Part shown: positions 7,651 to 13,236 of the stretch, in pieces
Layout: the number at the start of each line of letters is the position of its first letter
Numbering within the stretch: position 1 is the stretch's first letter
Source: Candidatus Hermodarchaeota archaeon
Lineage (GTDB): Archaea > Asgardarchaeota > Hermodarchaeia > Hermodarchaeales > Hermodarchaeaceae
Length of the DNA: 13,236 bases
Assembly: GCA_016839805.1 (NCBI GenBank)
Contig: JAEOTO010000018.1
Location: 1-13,236 of the forward strand
Direction: 5' to 3'
Made by a program: the position numbers and the translations under genes
The notes under the pieces: model-generated
What the model saw: only the letters and a program-made list of their open reading frames with translations
Databases searched by the model: none
What the model was told of the DNA's origin: nothing

Positions 7651-7821
7651 GTAGGTAGGGGTGAGGTCCCGATTAGCTGTCCGAGAACCAAGGCGCAGTA
7701 TGGTCGGGCAACATCGCCGGAACGGCGAGTAGAGCCTGTGGACCAGTTGACAATGGTCGATGGCATGAAGCAGGAAGCCCCGTCCCTTAGGATTGGGTAG
7801 TTCACAGTGTCCGCTTACCAA
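7651..7821 (+). ncRNA. Orphan TnpB-type omegaRNA/reRNA (scaffold about 7651-7805, guide from 7806; ends approximate)
   Basis: Ordered hallmarks GTAGGG..CCCGA, GCCTGTGGA (7734-7742), ATGAAGCAGGAAGCCCC, a subterminal hairpin (7777-7798) and GTAGTTCAC ending at 7805. Loop GTGA (7661-7664) is complementary to terminal TCAC, giving a pseudoknot. CCTG (7735-7738) pairs with CAGG (7771-7774). Confidence 0.8.
7765..7805 (+). mobile_element. IS200/IS605-family right end, with no tnpA, tnpB or recognisable left end
   Basis: ATGAAGCAGGAAGCCCCGTCCCTTAGGATTGGGTAGTTCAC: an imperfect palindrome followed by the TCAC end motif, as in IS605/IS1341-type right ends. Confidence 0.8.
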
Positions 7822-7825
7822 CATT

Positions 7826-7860
7826 AAAAAAGGGGAGAGTTCGGCTCTTCCAGAGCCGAA
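7826..7860 (-). terminator. Likely cdc48 terminator: 9-bp hairpin followed by a T6 tract
   Basis: TTCGGCTCT-TCC-AGAGCCGAA (7840-7860) lies about 20 bp after the cdc48 stop. A6 at 7826-7831 reads as T6 on the minus strand. Confidence 0.65.
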
Positions 7861-7879
7861 ATTGGCAGTGTGTACTCGA

Positions 7880-10132
7880 TTAGGCATAAGGGCCTGGTGT
7901 TGTGCTAATAGCGTCGCGTTTTGTGGACATCGCTACAGTATATTCCTCGTAGGCTTTCAACATTTCTGGGGTGATACTGGGTTTTATTTTGTCGAGGGCA
8001 GATTCAAAGTGTTTAGCTTTGACAATAGCTGCGTCTTCTTCAGTACGGATGGCATACATACCTGCTTCACGAACGACATTTGCGAGATCAGCGCCAGAGT
8101 AGCCTTCAGTGATTTTAGCGATTTTTTGAAGGTCTACGTCATCGTGTAGTGGCATATTGCGTGTATGAACTTGGAGAATTTCTAAGCGTGCTTCTTGATC
8201 AGGTGCAGGGACGAGGATGATTCGGTCGAAGCGACCAGGTCGCAGGAGAGCCTTGTCAATGATTTCGGGGCGATTGGTCGCAGCGATAACAACGACGTTT
8301 TTGAGTTCTTCCATCCCGTCTAATTCAGCGAGTAGCTGATTAAGAACGGTTTCGTAGACATGGCTGCCATGCCACTGACCCCGAGCAGGGGCTAGACTAT
8401 CAAGCTCGTCGAAAAAGATAATGCTGGGAGCTACTTGTCGAGCTTTTCGAAAGATTTTCCGAATGCCTTTTTCAGATTCACCAACCCATTTACTGAAGAT
8501 TTCAGGACCACGGATAGCTATGAAGTTGGCTTCGCTCTCGGTGGCTACTGCTTTTGCCAGAAGGGTCTTCCCTCCACCAGGCGGACCCACAAGGAGAATT
8601 CCCTTTGGGGGATCGACACCTACTTTTTCGAATTTACTAGGATATTTGAGTGGCCATTCGACAGCTTCCCGTAATTCCTCTTGCACGTCCTTTAAGCCAC
8701 CAACATCTTCCCAAGAGACTTTGGGGATTTCAAGGTAGACTTCTCGCATAGCCGATGGTTCCGCCCTACGGAGAGACTCATCAAAGTCTGCTCCAGTGAC
8801 TTCGAGATCCTCAATAATTTCAGGCGCAATAGGGTGGTCCTCATCTAAATTGATTTTCGGTAGGATACGACGAAGCGTATTCATAGCCGCTTCACGTGCA
8901 ATTGCAGCGAGATCAGCACCCACCATACCATGCGTTGCATCAGCTAGTTGGTCAAGATCCACGTCTTTCGTAAGGGGCATTCCACGAGTGTGGATGAGTA
9001 AGACTTCTTTGCGTCCACTTCGGGTTGGAACGGGAATTTCAATTTCTCGATCGAATCGTCCCGGACGTCGTAGAGCAGGATCTAAGGCCCCTTCGCGATT
9101 AGTCGCAGCGATGACAATAACGCGTCCTCGGGCTTGAAGGCCATCCATAAGAGCAAGAAGCTGAGCGACAACTCGGCGTTCCACTTCACCTTGAACTTCT
9201 TCACGTTTAGGTGCAATACTATCAATTTCATCAATGAAAATAATGCTAGGTGCTTGTTGAGACGCCTTGTCGAAGAGCTCACGAAGGCGTTTTTCAGATT
9301 CACCATAGAATTTACTCATGATTTCGGGACCGTTAATGGAAATAAACGTAGCATCTGATTCATTGGCAACAGCCCGTGCGAGAAGGGTTTTCCCAGTCCC
9401 AGGTGGACCAAACAAAAGGACTCCCTTAGGTGGATCAATACCAAGACGGTCGAAGAGTTCGGGATGTTTCAGGGGAAGTTCTATCATTTCGCGGACACGA
9501 GCAATGGCTTCATCTAAGCCACCAATATCTTCGTATGTTACGATAGGAGCTTTAGCGGTTACTTCCACCGCTTCGGGTTGAATTTGGATAATTGTATCTT
9601 CAGTAATTTTAACAACGCCTTTAGGCGTGGTGTTCGTGACGACGAATTTGATTTCCCCAAGAGCAAAAGGCGCTCCTGCACTTCGCATCATTGCTTCAAA
9701 CAATGAATAATCGTCACTACGGTAAGCCCCAGCTCCTGCGGTGCTAATAATATCACCGGGAGCAACCGGACGTTGATTCAGACTAGGTTTTACAGCATCC
9801 CCTTCAGCGACAATTCTGACACCGCGTTGGGCGGGAGCTAAGACAACCCGCTTAGCCACCGGAGGATCAATCCGTTTAACTTCAATAAATTCACCAATTC
9901 CAGTTCCTGAGTTATTACGCACAAGTCCGTCCATGAATATTTTTCCTGATCCAGCATGAATCGATTGTCCACGCCAAACCCTAGCACCAGTAGTTTTTTT
10001 CCCAATAATCTCAATGATGTCTCCAGAGGTAACACCCAATCGTTCCATGACTTTCGGATCAACGCGAACGATACCTCGTCCAGCTTCGTCGCTGGGGAGT
10101 GAGACAACTCGAAGTTGAATTTTTTCAGGCAT
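7880..10132 (-). CDS. cdc48: Cdc48/VCP/VAT AAA+ ATPase
   Basis: 750 aa with N-domain (GRGIVRVD). D1 has [24 protein letters not shown] and D2 has [23 protein letters not shown]-terminal ...PYA. Confidence 0.97.
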   Translation of the reverse strand: MPEKIQLRVVSLPSDEAGRGIVRVDPKVMERLGVTSGDIIEIIGKKTTGARVWRGQSIHAGSGKIFMDGLVRNNSGTGIGEFIEVKRIDPPVAKRVVLAPAQRGVRIVAEGDAVKPSLNQRPVAPGDIISTAGAGAYRSDDYSLFEAMMRSAGAPFALGEIKFVVTNTTPKGVVKITEDTIIQIQPEAVEVTAKAPIVTYEDIGGLDEAIARVREMIELPLKHPELFDRLGIDPPKGVLLFGPPGTGKTLLARAVANESDATFISINGPEIMSKFYGESEKRLRELFDKASQQAPSIIFIDEIDSIAPKREEVQGEVERRVVAQLLALMDGLQARGRVIVIAATNREGALDPALRRPGRFDREIEIPVPTRSGRKEVLLIHTRGMPLTKDVDLDQLADATHGMVGADLAAIAREAAMNTLRRILPKINLDEDHPIAPEIIEDLEVTGADFDESLRRAEPSAMREVYLEIPKVSWEDVGGLKDVQEELREAVEWPLKYPSKFEKVGVDPPKGILLVGPPGGGKTLLAKAVATESEANFIAIRGPEIFSKWVGESEKGIRKIFRKARQVAPSIIFFDELDSLAPARGQWHGSHVYETVLNQLLAELDGMEELKNVVVIAATNRPEIIDKALLRPGRFDRIILVPAPDQEARLEILQVHTRNMPLHDDVDLQKIAKITEGYSGADLANVVREAGMYAIRTEEDAAIVKAKHFESALDKIKPSITPEMLKAYEEYTVAMSTKRDAISTTPGPYA

Positions 10133-10555
10133 TTAGTCAATTTCCTCCATTAAATCAATTAAGCGTTTACGTACAGATCGGAACTCGGTTGCCATTATTT
10201 GGAAGAGTGCATCATAGGTGTCAAAGTAATGGTCAATCATTGCTGTAAGAAGCTCATCACCAGCATCGGTTAGTCGATAGTAGCGACGCATGGGGCCACG
10301 TCCTTGACTTCGAATCTTGACGTCTCCTTTAATCCACCCTTTTTCTGCAAGGCGATTGAGGAGAGGATAGATGGTTCCCGGTTCCAATTGAATACGACCC
10401 TCCGACATATCTTCGATTAGAGAGGAAATACGCGCTCCGTATAAAGCTTCCCGGCGTAAAAGGTTGAGGACCCAAAACTCAAGAAAGCCACGGTTGATTT
10501 CACGTGTCCACTCTCGGAGTTTATCGATGTTTTTGTCGACAGGGGTTTCGGTCAT
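10133..10555 (-). CDS. PadR family transcriptional regulator
   Basis: RGFLEFWVLNLL..LYG..I..EPGTIYPLLNRLAEKGWI..GPMRRYYRLTDAG. Its TAA abuts the cdc48 ATG. Confidence 0.92.
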   Translation of the reverse strand: MTETPVDKNIDKLREWTREINRGFLEFWVLNLLRREALYGARISSLIEDMSEGRIQLEPGTIYPLLNRLAEKGWIKGDVKIRSQGRGPMRRYYRLTDAGDELLTAMIDHYFDTYDALFQIMATEFRSVRKRLIDLMEEID

Positions 10556-10570
10556 TTTGTTTCCTTCGAA

Positions 10571-10622
10571 TATATAGCGTAACTATATAGTATGACAAAG
10601 CAGTAATACTATTCTTTATAAA
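10571..10622 (-). promoter_or_regulatory. padR-cdc48 promoter with candidate PadR operator palindromes
   Basis: TTTATAAA at 10615-10622. Inverted repeats TATATAG-N5-CTATATA (10571-10589) and ATAGTAT-N12-ATACTAT (10587-10612). Confidence 0.65.
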
Positions 10623-10776
10623 CCTACCTCTTTCATTAATAGCAAAACAGCTCTGCTCGTGACAAAAGCTCAAAAATGGCACTGTTTTCCCAACCTCCCA
10701 GTTAGAAAGACTTTAAAAGCTACACCAAACATTGGCTCTGCACCCCATGACCGGAAAGTACAAGGTGAGCTACCTA

Positions 10777-11628
10777 GTGAAACTGTCTCTTCGCATGAGC
10801 ATTTTACTGATTGCAGCGTTAATTTTAGTTTCAGCCTTTGGTTTTAGCGCTTATTCGACGGTATCGGCTCAGCCCCCTCCGATTCAAATCAACGATATTG
10901 TGGTGCCTGAAGAAGTCGCTCAAGACGAAAATGGACAGGTACAGGCAACCATAATCAATATCCAAAACCAGTCATTTGATGGTTTTGCTAAATTCTATGA
11001 CGATTTAGATGAAATTAGTAGCTATGATCCTTCTGATCCCTTCGAGCCCAGATTAAACTTTACAATCGCAGCGGAATCAGAACTAGATCTTGTTCTCCCT
11101 TACACAGTTGCTTACAACGCGACAATCGGGTTACACATCGTCACGTTCGAGATTGATGTTGGTGGGTTTTCGTTCCTCTTTAACCAATACGAAGTCACTG
11201 TCATTCCAGTAGCCTCCATCTCTTCAATCGTTCCTGGGCATGTGTTTACTCAGGCGCAAGTGGGAACTCTTCTTGTCTCTATTGAAAATCATGTAGATCA
11301 TCTGGTAAATGTGAGCCTGGATGTCTTTGGACCGAAATTTGTGAATGCATCAGAGGAGGTTGAACTCTCACCTGGGCAGAATAATATCGTTATCCCGATT
11401 TTGAATAACGCCACTCACGTCTACGATTTTGGTATTTCTCCAGTGAATGTGTCTATGTATTATAATGATGAGCTGATTGGTAGCCAAGTAATTCTAGTCC
11501 CTGTTGACATGACTCTACCCAACAAAATCTTGGCAGTTATCTTACCAGCAAGCATCTTCCTCATTCTTGTTGTGTTCTATGCGTTTCGAAAGCGACGACG
11601 AGTTCGACAGGCAGCAACCAGTGAATAG
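10777..11628 (+). CDS. Secreted, C-terminally membrane-anchored surface protein (beta-rich, Ig/CARDB-like)
   Basis: Signal peptide ending ...STVSA|Q, an acidic beta-rich body with several N-x-S/T sequons, and a C-terminal TM helix followed by RKRRR. Start probably GTG 10777 (SD AGGTGA 10763-10768); the ORF track starts at 10732. Confidence 0.8.
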   Translation: MKLSLRMSILLIAALILVSAFGFSAYSTVSAQPPPIQINDIVVPEEVAQDENGQVQATIINIQNQSFDGFAKFYDDLDEISSYDPSDPFEPRLNFTIAAESELDLVLPYTVAYNATIGLHIVTFEIDVGGFSFLFNQYEVTVIPVASISSIVPGHVFTQAQVGTLLVSIENHVDHLVNVSLDVFGPKFVNASEEVELSPGQNNIVIPILNNATHVYDFGISPVNVSMYYNDELIGSQVILVPVDMTLPNKILAVILPASIFLILVVFYAFRKRRRVRQAATSE

Positions 11629-11684
11629 CATTAAGAGGGAGATAGACTTCCTCTAGTTTGCTGTACTGTCCAAGTGGTGGAACT

Positions 11685-12317
11685 ATGACCCAACCGCCTG
11701 ATGAATGGGAGAGCCTGCGGCAAGAAATTTGTGAGTGTCATCAATGTCCTCTAGCTAAATCGCGATCGCAGGCTGTTCCAGGGGTGGGACCCAATGATGC
11801 TCAGCTCATGTTTATTGGTGAAGCCCCAGGTCGTCAGGAGGATATCAAAGGAGAGCCTTTTGTGGGAGCCGCAGGTCAGCTCTTAACGAAGTTATTGGAA
11901 CAGGTGGGAATCAAAAGGCAGTCAGTGTTTATCTCTAATGCTGTAAAATGCCGACCACCCGAAAACCGACAACCTACCCGAAGTGAACGTGCTGCCTGTC
12001 GTCCATTCTTGGATCGTCAACTCCAGTATATTCAACCACGGGTAATTGTTCTAGTTGGACGAGTTCCAACGGAGACTCTGCTGGAGACCTCAGTGCGGAT
12101 GGGTGAGATGCATGGGCGAGTCTATCATCGCAACGGTAAGACTTTCTTTGTGATGTATCACCCCGCAGCAGGCCTCTACAATCAAACCCTTGTTCCGACC
12201 TTGGAAGAGGACATGCAGAAACTAAAGAAACTACTACATAGTGACCCAGCGCCAGCAGAGGAGCGGGAACAAGGACAACTACCCCTGAGTGAATTTTTCT
12301 CTGAAGAAAAGAAATGA
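11685..12317 (+). CDS. udg: Family 4 uracil-DNA glycosylase ([4Fe-4S]) with C-terminal PIP box
   Basis: CHQC, IGEAPG..ED..G.PFVG.AG, KCRPP.NR.P...C and YHPAA. Tail QLPLSEFF. Start probably ATG 11685; the ORF track starts at 11658. Confidence 0.93.
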   Translation: MTQPPDEWESLRQEICECHQCPLAKSRSQAVPGVGPNDAQLMFIGEAPGRQEDIKGEPFVGAAGQLLTKLLEQVGIKRQSVFISNAVKCRPPENRQPTRSERAACRPFLDRQLQYIQPRVIVLVGRVPTETLLETSVRMGEMHGRVYHRNGKTFFVMYHPAAGLYNQTLVPTLEEDMQKLKKLLHSDPAPAEEREQGQLPLSEFFSEEKK

Positions 12318-12334
12318 ACAACAACTTAAAGATG

Positions 12335-12796
12335 CTATTCTTCATCTTCGAGGGCGGTTTCAAGTTGTGCACGCCGTCGGGCAAGGAATGATTGGAGCTC
12401 ACCTTGCATTTGCGCACGAATACCAAAACCACCAGTTGCAGCCATGGGAGAGGTCGGCGTTCTTGGTGGTGGTGCAGCCATACCTGGTGGCACACTGGGT
12501 CCTGCAGGACTTCCAGGCGGCATTCCAGGGCTAGGTGGTGGCGTAAGAGGAGCTTCAGCAGCATCAGGAGTTCCAGCGGTTGGAGCTGTGGCGCTTGTTC
12601 CACCGATACGGAGCACTGTATCAACTTGAGTTTCAATCTTGGATAGCCGAGTCCTCATTTCGTCGAGTTGCTTTTCTAAAGCGCCAACCCCGTTGAGAAA
12701 AATTGTAGCCACTCTTTCAAGGACTTGAGCCAGTTCTTCAACTTTTTTAGACATATCCTTTTCCGCTGCTAGAAAATCAAAACCACCAAATGCCAT
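12335..12796 (-). CDS. Hypothetical coiled-coil / proline-rich protein with C-terminal amphipathic-basic helix and acidic tail
   Basis: 153 aa ATG ORF with a TATA-like TTTTAAAC about 30 bp upstream. It fills the gap between udg and the methyltransferase, and its modular composition is protein-like. Confidence 0.85.
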   Translation of the reverse strand: MAFGGFDFLAAEKDMSKKVEELAQVLERVATIFLNGVGALEKQLDEMRTRLSKIETQVDTVLRIGGTSATAPTAGTPDAAEAPLTPPPSPGMPPGSPAGPSVPPGMAAPPPRTPTSPMAATGGFGIRAQMQGELQSFLARRRAQLETALEDEE

Positions 12797-12911
12797 TCTC
12801 TATCGACTTCACTGTAGATTAATTAGTTTAAAACCTTGTGGGGTATGAGGGCTATTCAAAGCAGTTTTTAGAGAAAACCAATGAATAACCCATTCTTACC
12901 GTTATTATACA

Positions 12912-13236
12912 ATGGAAGTCTTGGATATGCACCTTTCATGCGTGTACACACGGTTAGTAACACAGTTACTAGGCCTACTTCATCGTCGCATCCAACGAAA
13001 ACGCATAGTGGACCTCGAAGGACTTCAGGTTCAGATATGTCCCCATGTCTTCAACCCATTAACAGCTCGAACGACAAAATTTTTCATACAACATATGCGA
13101 ATTCAGCCTGATACGCGGGTATTAGAAATTGGGACAGGAACGGGAGCAATCGCCGCTGCTGCGGGTAGAATAACCAGTCCTGTCGTTGCTACTGATATCA
13201 ATCCATATGCCGTAGAATGTGCTCAGAAAACAATGA
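12912..13236 (+). CDS. Class I SAM-dependent methyltransferase, HemK2/PrmC-like; runs off the right edge
   Basis: Absent from the ORF track. Hand translation from ATG 12912 (or 12927): ...ICPHVFNP...RVLEIGTGTGAIAAAA...VVATDINPYAVECA..., containing SAM motif I and the acidic post-I motif. Confidence 0.85.
   Translation, partial: MEVLDMHLSCVYTRLVTQLLGLLHRRIQRKRIVDLEGLQVQICPHVFNPLTARTTKFFIQHMRIQPDTRVLEIGTGTGAIAAAAGRITSPVVATDINPYAVECAQKTM

Noticed and set aside
7651-7805. Structured RNA as tRNA, SRP RNA or RNase P RNA
   Set aside because: No cloverleaf or T-loop, and no SRP helix-8 or RNase P P4 signatures seen; the motifs fit an IS200/IS605 omegaRNA.
7570-7887. 105-aa minus-strand ORF (…CELPNPKGRGFLLH…)
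   Set aside because: It is the antisense reading of the IS605-type right end/omegaRNA and the cdc48 terminator, with no sign of a real protein.
9491-9498. GTGTCCGC on the minus strand inside cdc48, matching guide positions 2-9
   Set aside because: No TTTAT TAM and a mismatch at guide position 1.
11974-12646. 220-aa minus ORF and several short + ORFs
   Set aside because: Alternative-frame or antisense shadows of udg and the Pro-rich gene.
12881-13111. 76-aa + ORF
   Set aside because: Out-of-frame overlap with the methyltransferase frame starting at 12912, which has clear SAM motifs.

Overview
Archaeal chromosomal window; Asgard-like affiliation is my inference from BRE/TATA promoters, TBP, Cdc48 and a proline-rich actin-regulator-like protein. 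Gene order: truncated tandem-GNAT-like gene (-), DUF362-like protein (+), small membrane protein (-), isolated nuoH/nuoI-like pair (+), Mrp/NBP35 ATPase (-), glycerophosphodiester phosphodiesterase and M42 aminopeptidase (+), tbp (-), padR-cdc48 operon (-), surface-anchored protein and family-4 uracil-DNA glycosylase (+), coiled-coil/Pro-rich protein (-), truncated HemK2-like methyltransferase (+). The most striking region is the tbp-cdc48 intergenic space (7495-7879). It holds an orphan IS200/IS605 TnpB-type omegaRNA scaffold with no tnpA or tnpB in the window. The first 8 nt of its guide (AGTGTCCG, 7806-7813) match a site directly 3' of a TTTAT TAM (7580-7592) that overlaps the predicted tbp BRE. 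Beside it is a phased array of TATA boxes over the predicted tbp start site. This suggests RNA-guided, TldR-like control of tbp transcription plus TBP autoregulation. A second highlight is a candidate VASP/WASP-like actin regulator (12335-12796).
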